From Antedon mediterranea (lineage: Eukaryota > Animalia > Echinodermata): a DNA stretch of 64,000 nt. Below the pieces are notes generated by a model. The model ran no database searches. It was given only the letters and a program-made list of their open reading frames with translations, and had not been told where the DNA came from. Positions 12,562 through 26,130 of the stretch are shown one piece after another (within the stretch, counting starts at the first letter, position 1; each line of letters begins with the position of its first letter). Where the stretch lies: positions 5,146,001 through 5,210,000 of the forward strand of contig NC_092674.1 in the NCBI RefSeq assembly GCF_964355755.1, in the 5' to 3' direction. The translations under genes and the position numbers were made by a program.

Positions 12562-15363
12562 TAGTCGAGTCAAACTGTTTCATTACCCCAAAAAAATTGC
12601 AAGAAAATGTGTTTTGATGAATTACAATAAAAAATTGTCTCAAAAAACATATATCAAAAGTTTACCAAAATCGGACTACCGCAAAGGTTCAAAATTTGAC
12701 GTTAAAAAAGATGGCTGTCAAAATGTTCAGAACATACATATTTATATTTACCCTTTTTAAACATTTTGTTGAAACATGACCAGAAATTCCATTTTGTGAC
12801 CTTTGACCCATATATGGCATAAAAAAATGTTCATATCTACGTAACTAAAAATCATAGAACCTTGATATTGGTGTCGAAATGTTCGGAAAATACATATTTA
12901 TATTTACTGTTTTTGAACATTTTTTTCAAAAATAACCGAAAACATAAGGTTTTGACCTTTGATACTTATGGCATGAAATATTTTCACATACATGGCATGT
13001 TTTACGCGAATGATATTTTTTTTTTTTTTTATCTTATGTCGGTTCATCCCACTTTTATTTCCAAACCACTGTTCTCTTTACATATATTTTTCACTATACA
13101 CTATACATATCATTATATTTACAATGTTTGTTTAATCATCTGTATACATATACTTATTTATTCATTTGTTTACATATTATCACATTGATTAAACATATTA
13201 TCTGTAAACACATTTTCATTAACAAGCTTTTTTTTTTCTTACATAGTTGTTTTTGATTTTTTCATCTACCACATTTTCATTTAACAATGCATATTCTCTG
13301 TTATACTCATTACTTACTACATGTTTACTGTTAACATAATATTGTTCTCATCCTTTAACATTAATATTAATATTTTTGTTCTTTAATGTTTACAAAACTT
13401 TTTTACTTTCTTCTCTTATGTGGATTCATTCCACTTTTTTTTTTTTTACTTATTTTCTTTAAAAAAAAAAACTATTTCCATATATTATTTTGTTTTGTTT
13501 GTTTGTTACGCGAATGATATTTTCATGCAGAGCCTGTAATCAACTTTTACGCACTTAGAAGATTCAAACGTAGTGTTTTGTAAAAATTGTTAAATATAAA
13601 ATACCTAAATTATTCCTAACTTGATTACAGATTAATATAGAGGAATCTTTATTTGTAATAACTGCCAGGTTTGTGGACGTTCAGTTTAATTGTTTGTTCC
13701 GACATACCACGCTTCTGCTCCTTTGTAATTTTGTCCTCGTATAAATGCTCCACATACTTTCCAAAAAAAAATCTGGAATGGGAATATTTGATGCACATTT
13801 ACATTTCGATGGAGAGTTCAGATTTTTGTATGATTCTTGTTGCCATGATTTGTAACGAGAAGTTAAATTGTGTCATCTTTGGTTTGTACAGTATTTGGAT
13901 TTTGTTCACAGTTTTTGTCTTTCGTCGGAAAGTATTTGCAGAGAAAGTGGATGCGGTGTAGATTCTTCAGTAGAGCCTGTATAATGGTTGTGGTGAATGA
14001 TTACTTTCAAATTTGATAATTAATTCATCTGTTGATTTGCCATCATTGTTCCCAGTTTCCCATAACTTTTGGTAGATGTTCGAATCGTGACAATTCCAAC
14101 TGTGCTATAGTTTTCTCCTTTTTTAGACGTTCCATCTAGATGTAATGTATGATTGGATTTGTCAAGCAGTTCTTGCGAGGATGACAACTAATCCATGTGT
14201 ATTTTTGATAACGGCTCTGCCTCCTCCAAGCTTCCAAGTTGTTAAACACTTGTAGTCTATAGCATTTCTAGCTCCAACAATTTACTTTGTTGTTGTTGTT
14301 TAATAAATCCATTATTTAACTATTTTATCATTGTAATGTCCATGTTCATATTACGTCTTCATCACTCTGTTTTTTCACTTCTTCGTCATTTCTTCAAGTT
14401 TGCTTGCTCAAGATTTGAGGCATGTTCAAGAAGAATTCCATTATATTTTGTTTTCATTATTGCACCACAGCTCTTACAACTTTCTCCCCCTTTAACCTCC
14501 TTCCTTTCACTTCTCCCTTGTTATTGCTTCCAATTACTTAATTTAATCTTTAAATAGTGTGTATCGTGATATTTTTTCTCTTGCATCTATTATTTTTACA
14601 TTATTTTCAAACTGTATAGTTACACAATCAAGTTCCTTTGCCATTGTTTGCATTTGATTGTTTTCACTGCCATTTGCCTTTCCTTTAATCCATTTTCACA
14701 TGCAATTCTTCCAGATCCTGTATGTATATTACAGGCTCTGCATAGACATCGTGTCAAAGGGAAAACCTTGTGTTTTCGATTATTTTTGAACAAAATTTTC
14801 AAAAACAGTAAATATAAATATGTATGTTCTGAACATTTTGACACCAATATCAAGGTTCTATGATTTTTAGTTACGTAGATATGAACATTTTTTTATGTCA
14901 TATATGGGTCAAAGGTCACAAAATGGAATTTCCGGCCATGTTTCAACAAAATGTTTAAAAAGGGTAAATATAAATATGTATGTTCTGAACATTTTGATAC
15001 CAATATCAAGACTCTGTGATTTGCAGTTACGTAGATATATAAACGTCATGCCGTATATGTCAAAGGTCACAAAATGGAATTTCCGGTCATGTTTCACAAA
15101 ATGTTCAAAAAGTGTAAATATAAACATATATATTTTGAACAATTTGACACCAAATACAGCTGTCTACTACAAGCGGTTACCGATTTTCAAAAATTGGCGG
15201 CCATCTTTTTTAACGTCAAATTTTGAACCTTTGCGGTAGTCCGATTTTGGTAAACTTTTGATATATGTTTTTTGAGACAATTTTTCATTGTAATTCATCA
15301 AAAAACATTTTCTTGCAATTTTTTTGGGGTTAGGCCCTATATTTTCATATGTTGACCCGACTA
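12562..15363. mobile_element. 2.8-kb DNA transposon with ~400-bp TIRs and decayed internal coding remnant
   Basis: 12590-12960 is inverted at 14755-15330, ends tagtcgagtcaa/ttgacccgacta. Minus-strand remnant QELLDKSNHTLHLDGTSKKGENYSTV at ~14095-14175 resembles a first-Asp DDE motif; many stops. Confidence 0.65.
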
Positions 15364-15399
15364 ACAGATAGTTTGGCCCATACAGGAGTGAGGATTCTA

Positions 15400-16165
15400 A
15401 AATAACCCATATGGATTTGCCCGAATGAACCCTCTAAGGACCCTTTTGGAAACTCTATGTGGTGTAACTTAACTCTTCCCTGGTGGTGTGCTACATAAGG
15501 CCCTGTATTAGAAATTAATATGGGGTAAATAGTTCATAGATGAACTATAGAATAAAACTAAATGTGCCAAGGGCCGACCTTCATGGACCTTTCGGGGTTC
15601 TCTATGTGAAGCTACAAGAGACCCTATATTGGAAATACTGTATGTGGGGTGAAAATGTGGGTTCATAGAGATATAATAAATATCCCTGTGCACCCTCGAT
15701 CATCCATAAGGGCCGGCCGGTCATCCTTCATGGATGGACATTAAGCCCCATAATGGAAATATAAGGGGTGACACATGTGAGTTCATATAGACAGGCGCAG
15801 CCCATGGAATAAAGCTGCCTGTGCACTCTCGATCCTTAAGGAAAATGTATGGATTTGCCCAAATTAACCCAAAGGGCCTGTCCTCCATGGATGGACATTA
15901 AGCCCCATAATGGAAATATAATGGGTGACACTGTGGGTTCATATAGACAGGCGGGGCCCATGGAATAAAGCTGCCTGTGCACTCTCGATCCTTAAGGAAC
16001 ACTTATATGGATTTTCCCAAACTAACCCAAGGGCCGGTCCTCCAAGGACATTAAGTCCCATAATGGAAATATAAGTGGTGACAATGTGGGTTTATATAGA
16101 CAGGCACATGGAATAAAGCCGACTGTGCACTCTCGATCCTTAAGGAACCCATATAGATTTTGCCT
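15400..16165. repeat. ~150-160-bp tandem repeat, several diverged units, resuming at ~17385-17490
   Basis: Recurring atggatttgcccaaa, ggacattaagccccataatggaaatata and catggaataaagctgcctgtgcactctcgatccttaagga. Confidence 0.8.
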
Positions 16166-16305
16166 AAAATAAAACAGGTCATCTATTTAGACCCTTCTGT
16201 GGTTCTCTACTGTATGTTCAGTTCTACATTTGGCCCCCTGTATCGGATCAATGCATCTGGCTACATTTAGGTTACTGTGTTAGAAATATATCGGGTAACT
16301 AAAAC

Positions 16306-17376
16306 GGGTGTCGAAACCTAAGACCACGAAAGCTAAGACCCCCTAAGACCACGAAAGCTAAGCCCCAAGACCAAGATTACAAAAATCTTTCGCACCTGCC
16401 TTGTATTTTAACTCCCAACATTTATTCTGAATACCACACCTTAGAATTGGCACTTTTATGAAAAAGAATCACATAAAAAGTAACAAATACATTTTTAAAT
16501 TGATGATTTTACAGACGTTTTTCTCGCACAAAAACTGTTTGCGAATTTCGCATGACAAGCCTACAGTACAGTAGCAGTTGTAGGCCTACCATGTTCAATG
16601 TTTTTGTTTCTATGGAACGTCAAACGAGCAAAAATTATATAGAGGGCTGAAAACTCTGTGGAGTCCATCAGTGTGGATGGAACAATGTAAAATTAAAATT
16701 GTAATGATAATAGTATAATCATGCAAGTACGAAGAAATAAATACTGGCAAATAAATTTTAATTTAAAAATCATGATTTGTTTCGTTTTCTTTCTGTTTTT
16801 ATACTTGTACTATTATTGTTGCTCTTTTGGCGCTCCATAGAAACAAAAACATTGAGCATGGGGGGAGCTCGAGGAGTTACAGTATACAAAGAAACATGTC
16901 TGTAAAATCATCAATTTAAAGGATTTATTTATTTGTTTTTATGTGTTTCTCCGTCTGAAAGTACTTATAAATCCTAATTTTAAAGTGTAGTATTCAGGAT
17001 AAAGTTAGTCAACAAATTTGGAGTCAAAATACAAGAAAGGCAGGTGCGTAAGAAAAACATCCTCTGAACCAACACAATGGAGTAAATATATACCAACAAA
17101 CAACCCGTCAAGTTTGTTTGTTGTAAAGAAAAAAATATACATTTACTCAACGGGCGAAAATAATGTGAGTTTAATCTATGTTTTGCGGTAGTATTTAATT
17201 ATATTTATGGTAATAAATGAAACCTACTGTGTTTAAAATTATGTATGGATAAACAAGTATTGTTTTTAAGCTGTAGTATATCTTAGAATTTGTAATTTTA
17301 GGTCTTGGGTCTTAGCTTTCGTGATCTTAGGTCTTAGGGGGTCTTAGCTTTCGTGGTCTTAGGTTTCGTGACACCC
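16306..17376. mobile_element. Mutator-like foldback non-autonomous element
   Basis: TIR gggtgtcgaaacctaagaccacgaaagctaagacccc / ggggtcttagctttcgtggtcttaggtttcgtgacaccc, imperfect TSD taactaa(aac/gat), internal inverted arms. Confidence 0.7.
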
Positions 17377-18634
17377 TAACTAAGATTAAGCCATGGGAAA
17401 AGCCTGTCTGTGCACCCTCAATCCTTTTAAAAGGAACCCATATGGATTTGCCAAAATGAACCAAGGGTACTTCTGGATTCTCTATGAGCCGTACATTCTG
17501 TTTAATTAGAAATACATGGATACCTAGATACCTGAATGAAGTTGCTCAAATGTTTCTGAAAGACATTGTACTGTATAGTAGTAGTAGTATTCCCCTTCCA
17601 CACCTCTTTGAATTAAATCAGGCCCGATAGGCTCTTATGTTCAAGATTTCAAAGCAATAATCACACTTGTATTTTTCAAACAGTTAATCTATTAGATTGA
17701 ATAAAAATATCTAGGCATATATTATAAACGTTAGAAATCTCTATGCCATGTCGTTATTTAGATGAGAAAAACAGGTCAAAGGTTGAAATTACAGAAAAAT
17801 AGGTGTTTCAGTCATTTTTTGAAAAAACTTGGCTCCCTACGACAAATATTTATTAATTTATGTTATTATATAACCTTATTAAATTATGTCAAAGGTCAAT
17901 AACCACACTTCCGGTCATTTTCAAGCAATATTATCTGTTACACTGAATATAAATGTATATCATGGAAACAATTTGCTCCTATTTTCAATTCTATCCGACC
18001 TGCCGTTACTTAGATATAGCGAAAGGAGGTCAAAGGTCAAAGTTGCTAAAAATGGGGTTTCCAGTCAATTTTCCAAAGAAAGTTCTGTTAGAGCTAATAT
18101 AAATATATACATTGTGAACAATGAACACCAAAATTATCTCATTACGTCCAGTATTTCCAGAGATATAGCATGTTTTATAATTGGTAAATTTTGAACTTTG
18201 ACCCCTTATATCTCGAAAACGCTTCCTATCCTGATCGATTACCTTCCATATTCGTAATCTACGGAAAATTCTGGTCTAGAAAAGTTGGATGGCAATTTGT
18301 CCGCTTTCGGTTATCAATTTTCGTATTTTAAATGTTTTAGGACCCCGTTGAAAACAAGCTATATTACAAGTTTTATCCTGATTTTCTCCGTTATTGTTTT
18401 TTGACAATTTCTAATAAAGTCAATCCATATCTATCCGTTTCTTCACACATCTTCTTGGGCGTACGCCGACTCAGCACTAAAGCTATGTTCCCACTACTAG
18501 AGACGAAACGCAGGGACGTAGATGCAAAGCAAGTGAGTTGACCAATGACAAGCAACTGTTCGCAACAATCTACCACCTCTGCCACCAACTACTGTGTATT
18601 CGGGGATTGGTTACGTCACTTCTTAAAAAAAGAC

Positions 18635-19122
18635 TTCCTAAAATACTTTTATAAATGAAGTAGGACATTATTATAACCTATTTATTTATTATACAATGTT
18701 ACCTTAAACAATAAAGTAAACAATGTGACAGGTAGGCCTACAGTAGGCCTAACTTGTCGATTGATGGTTACCATAACGATTTTTTGCATTTCATATCAAT
18801 CAATTGTGAGTATATAATTTGTAGTGGTTTTGTTTTTGCGAAATAAATTTTGAAAACTCTGAGCGACATATAACATCTTCGGTTTGGACTTTGAAAACAT
18901 AATACTGTTGTATATGCAGAGTAGCAAGCATTTGTTTTCCCCACCTTCAACGTGTAGGCGTACGTTATGAATTACATTACATTCGGCATATCCGGACTTA
19001 AAAACGACGTCAAAGGTCAAATTCCACTTAAAAATAAAAAGTACACGATTTATACGTCTTCAACAATTCGAAGGCGAATGTTTGACTCAAATAGAGTAGA
19101 TTTTGGGGAATCGACTGTATTT
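18635..19122 (+). repeat. Diverged direct duplicate of ~5455-6181
   Basis: Shared blocks aatgtgacag, aacttgtc..ttgatggtt, ttgcatttcatatcaatca, aacatcttcggtttg.actttgaaaacataat and gaatcgactgtattt. Confidence 0.75.
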
Positions 19123-19509
19123 AGCTGCCTATTGAGTGTGGGAGTGAGTGCAAGTGTAAGGTTTAAAAGTGTCCGTCGGTTTGAAGACGGTGCATGGGGA
19201 TGGAGAGGGTGAATGGCGGTCGAGAGGGTTAGTGTGGAAGGTGATACACCTCTGCAATAAAAATAAAAAACCACTTTTCTTGTTCTATCTAAAACTACGA
19301 ATACACATATATATAGGTTTTTATTATTTTGAGCATAAAACAAGATGTACTATCTAATATAGAGAAAATACTGTAGAGAAATTGAATACATCATTATTGT
19401 AAAACAAAAACTTAGAATGAATCACATGTACTGATCTATACAGTATACTGGTACCTCATAATTTATGTCAATCATAAAACAAAATATTCGTATGTATTAT
19501 TTGTCAAAG

Positions 19510-20070
19510 TTGTGACATCCATTGATGCACTTTTTTTTAATATGCTGGTATGTCAACAAAACTTGTTTTAAATTTGTCGCCAATGGGTGTATACATCATG
19601 TCACCACTAATGCTACTTTCATTCAAATTGTGACATCAACTGGTGAGTACATTTTGTTACCAATATGTAATGCACCTTTTATGCTGGTATGTCCACAAAA
19701 CTTGTAAACATCTCCTAATATGGAGTGTTACAAATGTGTCACATTCCAAATTGTGATATCAACTGGTGCATACATTTTGTCACCACTAATGCTTCTTTCA
19801 TGCTGGTATGTCTACAAACTTGTAAACATCTCATTATATGGAGTGTTACAAATTTGTCACATCCTAAATTGTGACATCAACTGGTGCATACACCTTGTCC
19901 CCACTAATGCTCCTTTCATGCTGGTATGTCTACAAACTTGTAAACATCTCCTTATATGGAGTGTTACAAATGTGTTGCATCCCAAATGGTGACATCAACT
20001 GGTGTGTACACACTGTCACCACTAATGCTCCTTTCAAGCTGGTATGTCCACAAAACTTGTAAACATCTCC
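19510..20070 (-). repeat. ~118-bp tandem repeat (about 4.5 units) spanning the PELP1 stop codon
   Basis: gctggtatgt recurs at 19544, 19683, 19802, 19920 and 20038. The last copy is the PELP1 C-terminal coding sequence. Confidence 0.9.
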
Positions 20071-23000
20071 TCTTCATCGTTATCCTCATCCTCACCAGTT
20101 TCAATTTCTTTTACATCTTCACTCTTCTGTTGTTGCGTCTCAATCTGGTCACCAATTTCTTTCAGTACTTTTGATACTGGTTCTGTAAACATATTTTCAG
20201 AACTTTGTAAACTTTTTTCTTCAGTATTACTAATTTCTTTACTTCCTCTCCTTGACATCCATTCCAATTCAATTTCAGTATCATCAGCATCAACTTCTTT
20301 TATACAATTCTTCTCTTTTTCTTCAGTGTCTATTCTAATAACTTCTTCTTGTTCTACTACTATCTGACCTTCAACCTTTGTTCGCTTTTTGTCCGTTTCA
20401 GATATTTCATCAGTTCTAACCCTTTTATACTGGTCACCACTGTTCTGGTTCATTTGCATACTCTCACTACTGCCCTCTATAGACTCATTTTCTATATGTT
20501 TCGCTTGTAAATCAACATTTGATGATAGACTAGAGGTTCCCAGTACTAAATTTTCCTGCACATTTTGAGGCATGGACAGTCTGGATTGTAGACTAGTACT
20601 TTCTTGAAGTTCAACCACAGGAAGACTGGATTGAAGACTATGTACTCTAGGATGCATCAAGGCTGCACATGTGATAGAGGCTTCTATACAAAAACTTGAA
20701 ACCTAAAAAAATACAAATAAAAATCATGATTTTGTGAACTTTCAACATAAAATTAAACAAATTTTAATCCGATTGATGGAAAATTAGCAACTTACAAGTG
20801 AGCTGGGGTCTTGTCTGCCAAAACGAAACAATTGCACAGCACAATGAAGCGATGGCGGCCATCTTGGATGCGGGGCTAAAACTTGAGCCAGCAGTACATG
20901 GTACAGGTTCTTGCGGCAATCTTGTGAACTGTACGGTACTGGAGGTTCTTCAATATGCTGGTGAACTTGTAGGAGCTTGCTAACGGTGAATTCATGGATA
21001 AGCTGGGAAAAAACCAGACAAAAACATGATGCATATTTTAAAATAAAAATACAGTAGGAGGCCTTTGGGCTACCACTATTAGGAGAACACTTTCAATGGG
21101 TAATATACAGACAACTCTCCCAATACTGGACTCTATGAACTGGAAACTCTCCCAATACCACTATTTTTTAACTTTGAACGATCGATTACAAATAAAAAAT
21201 TACCTTGTGTTGAGCAGGACTTAATTGGCATGACAATAACATAATTCTCAAAACTGAAATAAAAAAATAAATACTAATAAAATAATAATCTAATCTCCAG
21301 CTGAGTTTAGTCTAACATTTCAAAAATTTTCAAAAAACTACATTTTAAAAACTTGGAAGCCATTTTAAATTATAACTAATACCTTTACTATATTAAATAC
21401 ATTTTTTAATTGTAAATATTCTACCTTTCAGAGCAGCACCACAGACACCACTATTTGAAAATAAGTTAAATTTCTGTTGACTATTGAACCCTTGAACTTT
21501 GACCGATGACCCATACAAGCTGGCTTGTGATTGGCTACAATCCTGCACAATGTAGTCCATTAGCTTGTCTGCATTGCTACCTATCCCAGCTGCTGCCCCT
21601 ACCGTTGCTATCCACTTTTCAAGAACAGTATAAACTTTTGTACGCAAAACACTAAATAATATAGAAACCTTTACAACTAAAGTGATAAATTCTCTCCATG
21701 TTTAAATACATCAAAAAATGATAAAATTCTGAAATAATTATTTTTCTTTATGAAATTTAAACTACCTGTATGGTTTCTGAGAAATTTTACTTGTTTCTGA
21801 ATTTGTTGACTGTAAACATTGAACAAGCAATTGATTGATTGTACGCCCCTCCGATATTAGGTTACCATGACAACTGAAAACAAAGTTTGACAAGTAAAAA
21901 CACCAGATGAAAACTAGAATTTAAGTCGTCACAACAATACATGTAATATCAAAGTCTGTACAAACAAAAATTTAGTAGTACAATACTGAAATGCACAAAA
22001 ATCATGTTAAAGTTTTACACATTTGAGAGATAAGTGTAAAGTGTAAGCAAAACTTGTTACCTTGAAATCAACGACGATAAGATATCCAATGCTGCCCTCT
22101 GGAGAATGTAAAGATTTGCTAAAAGTATACAGTACTCAGTAGATTTTTGACCAGCCTTTAAAACATAACAAATGTGTTGACAATTGTTTTACACTAACAA
22201 GTTCTTATTAAGTTTCAATAATTTATATATTTTAAGCTTGAAAACTTTAAGTGACAAAAATATGTGATGTGCCTATATATGGACATGATGATGCCATATC
22301 ACTACCATATTTGGGCACATCACATTTTTTGTCAAACTAGTTTGATAGTGTATACAGAGGTTTAGGTTTAAAAAGCAAAGCAAAACAGTTAAAAATACTA
22401 TTACTCACAAGCATGTATGGTTGAACTGTGAAACATCTACAGCATAAACGGACAACTTCAGGGAGAGGCACTCTAGCAACAACTGAAAATGGTCCCCTAA
22501 AAAAGACAAGATTTGCATAATAAGATTTGAATATGAGATTTGCATAATGAGATTTGCATTTATGATTTGCATATGAGATTTGCATAATGAGATTTACATT
22601 TAATTACTTTGATTTGGATAAGTGTTAGTCCAATGTTGTAAAAAATTATTTTACATAATTGGTTAAAAATTATCCAAAATAGCAGTTTGATTGAGTATGG
22701 CATGGTGATGCCAAAATAAAGTTACTGGAAATCTGATTTGACCTTTGACCAAAATTGAGCCCTATAAACTTACTGAAGCATGTTACAGACACATGCACAC
22801 AAAACATCAAAGTGTTGCGTAAGGTGCAGTGTTCTTGATGGCTCAATGTCAGGGACATCTGGCATATTGATACTGACTGCAGTTGGAAGACAGTAGTTTT
22901 CTATAAAAAATAATATTGAAATGATAAATATTTGGGGGTGGTTATTATTAGGGTGGGCTTATTTTGATAGGTAGGGCTTATTCTGAGGGATAGGGCTTAT

Positions 23001-26000
23001 TCTGAGAGATGGGACATTTTCTGAGGGGCTAGGCTTATTCTGAGGGGTTAGGCTTATTCTGAGAGGTGGGGCTTTTTTTCTTATTATGAGGGGCGAGGCT
23101 AATTCGGAGGGCGGGGCTTATACTAAGGGATGACCTTTATACTCTCTAGGCTATTATTCTCACCTGTTTCCAACCCATCAAACAAACTCCCTAGAATTTG
23201 ATGTGCAGTGACAAGCAGACGATCAAAGTAGTGAGTCCATGCTTCTGTATGCTTAATACCTGCATTTCCACCTCCTCCAATTGTTGCTAGCAAAGGGTAA
23301 CACTCAGAAGCCGCCTTAAAAAAAAAACCACATTATGATAAATTACAATATCCCTATAATCGAAAAAAACAATTTTAAAAGATCACATTTAGAACAATGC
23401 ATCGCAGAATTGTTGACATTTCAAAGAAATATTAATTTGATAAATTACTATCTTCAGGGGCAGATTTGGGAATTTTTCAATGAAGGGGTGCTTACATATA
23501 TTATTTATAGTCTGCCAATAATAAATATCAAAGAGGGAGTGTGCGGAACTATCGTTTCCACCCCTGATCTTCCATTAATCTAATCTTTGTACAGTATTTA
23601 GACAATGACTTGTGCATGTTATATAACCAAAATATACTGCTGGGACTAAACAAACAACTAGAGAGGAAAACAGTAGCATTATTAATAAAGTTTAATATGT
23701 AAATAATAAATACTTTGTTCTTTCTTCATCATGCAAACCTCTTAAACAACCTTATACAGTCTACACTGTCAAACTTTATGTGACAAAATAATGTGATGTG
23801 CCCATATATGGACATGATGATGTCATATCACTACCTAATTTGGGTATATCACTACCTAATTTGGGTATATCACTACCATATTTGGCCACATCACACTTTC
23901 GTTGTCAAACTAGTTTGATAGTGTATAGAGCTTTAAAACTCTACCTTTGCAATATCAGTATCTAAGCTTCTCAATGAAGGCAAGACCTTGTCCTCCAGTT
24001 TGGACTTGATAGGACCACATGGACCAGGAAAGTAACGCATACAAGATAACAGTAACTGCAAAGCAGAGACTAACCACTACAAAAATAAATTAAATTAAAA
24101 GATTTTTATTTAAAGAAATATTTATAGATTTTATTTTTTAAATAAATTAAAGCCTCGATCACACTGCTAAATTAACCCCAAAAAAAGTTCAATCTAAACA
24201 CTGGCTGCAATTATCTTAAGGTTGAATTAACAACTACCTGCCCAGTTAAACTAATAACATGGTTTAGTAAAACCATGTTACTAAGTCAATGTCGCCATAC
24301 CTTGGTAAAACCAGAGCAAAACAAACCGCACTATAATCCAAGTGTGAACAGTGGTTAAAGTGCTCATGTTTGAATTTAATATTTTTCAAGTGTGGATTAT
24401 AAAAACCAGTGAATATCTGTAAAGGTCTGTCTACACTGTCAAATTAGTTTGACAAAAAGTGTGATGTGCCCAAATATGGTAGTGATATGACATCATCATG
24501 TCCATATATGGGCACATAACAAAAAGTTTGATAGTGTAGACAGAGCTTAAGCCTACCTCATCAGAATCTTTGATTAAACACAACACAATTGAAGGTATGA
24601 GTTCTGTAGCTACTTGTCTCGACAACTCAGGGAACACAGTCACCTGTTCTAGGATCTTACTTGTTGTAGAGCAGGCTACCTCAAGTGTTTTCACAGTATT
24701 ATGAGACTATAAAACACAAAACATGATATATCAAAAGTGTGTAAAGCTCTGTCTACACTATCAAACTTTATGTGACAAAAAAAGTGTGATGTGCCCGTAT
24801 ATGGACATGATGACATCATATCACTACCATATTAAGCCATATCACACTTGCTTGTCAAATAACCTTGATAGTGAAGACAGGAATTTAGAGATTGAAAGAG
24901 AAGGATTGACAATTCTGATCAGCAAAATTAAGGTAAGATATTTTTTTGACAAGTAATAACTTTTAAGTTAGGAATCATGATCTTGTTGTACCTGGAATAT
25001 TTGAAGTAGAAGTCTAAGCCACGATATACAGTGCTGGTTGAACACTTCACTGGAACACTGGTCGACAATCAAACCCAGTAAACATAATGCTTCAAGTCTG
25101 AAAAAAAATATCCAACAATTCATTAAATATAAAAAATGTTCATATCATCAATACAATTATAAAATAAAAAGTAGTGTGTTTGAATTTGAAACAATTATTG
25201 TATATGAAAAAGGTACAAATCATGTATATATCTATAATTACAGTAGACCTTCTCCTTTCGGACACACCCCTTTGCGTGGACACCTTTCCATGAATTTAAG
25301 GAGAAATATAGGGTTTTTTCCCCCCGGAAATTGAGGTTGGGTTCCGAAGTACATGTACATGTTTTAATTAAGTCTTTAAATTACCTTGTTTTCCTAGAAT
25401 TTAAAGCGTTGTTAATTCTGCCAATCCAATCTTCAATACTTTTTGTCTGTTGGTAAAAAAAAAATATTTTCATATATTGTAATAATAAAAACGAATTTAT
25501 TAATATTCTCAATACAATTTTTAACTTAATTAAATTGTGACAGTGTGGACGTGGTTAATAATAATAACATTGTCTATTTTATGTTTATAAAATGCTAAAC
25601 TATTTATTATAGTAGTAGGCTAGAGTGCCTAGTAAGTATAGTGAACCTTACTAATCATGGAAAATATTAATTTAAAAAAATGTTATTTATTAATTATTAA
25701 TAAAAACAAAAAATATGCCTATAATTTTATTGCTAATTTGATGTTAAGTTTTTACTGAAATTTTTGCTACACTATTTTAATTTATGAATGTGTAGTAATA
25801 AGGTAGTTTTGTGCAGAACATTGCACCTCCTACATAGTACTTTAGACCTTAAAGACTAGAACTGTTGATATCTAACTAAACTAGGCCTAGGCCACGAGTC
25901 ACTGCCATTATTCATTATTAGGCCCTAACACCTGTCTGAGCATTGATTGAGCCTAGCTAGAAGAGTATGTTGTAATGCCCATAATTTGTATGAATTGTTG

Positions 26001-26130
26001 AACATACCGATATTTGCAGTATCTTTAGCTCCGACAAAGATTGAAGCACACTTGGAAGAGCATCTTTATCTGCATTTTGGCCTAAAACTGTAGAAAATAA
26101 CGTTGAAGAAACATCCACGTGCGACACCAT
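20034..26130 (-). CDS. PELP1: PELP1 / Rix1 homologue, ~764 aa, 14 exons (26130-26008, 25446-25385, 25097-24992, 24706-24557, 24076-23945, 23314-23164, 22900-22774, 22496-22409, 22155-22061, 21873-21766, 21651-21425, 21253-21204, 21002-20796, 20702-20034)
   Basis: KTRLEALCLLGLIVDQCSSEVFNQHCISWLR, CMRYFPGPCG, LRTKVYTVLEKW, PYSSQDCRKNLYHVLLA, VSSFCIEASITCAALMHPR and an acidic tail ending MFTSFVDIPA match PELP1. All GT-AG, phases consistent. Confidence 0.93.
22508..22600. repeat. 13-14-bp tandem repeat made of octamer motifs
   Basis: Five perfect ATTTGCAT (22511, 22538, 22552, 22565, 22578) plus two one-mismatch copies. Confidence 0.85.
22935..23135. repeat. ~19-bp GGGCTTATTCTGAGGG tandem repeat (intronic)
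   Basis: About 9 diverged units of gggcttattctgag. Confidence 0.75.

Larger units (their letters stand above)
11731..18310. mobile_element. Outer element (or inverted pair of related ends) bracketing a nest of insertions
   Basis: 11731-11850 is the reverse complement of 18180-18310 (cgtagattacgaatatggaaggtaatcgatcaggataggaagcgttttcgagatataaggggtcaaagttcaaaatt). Confidence 0.6.
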
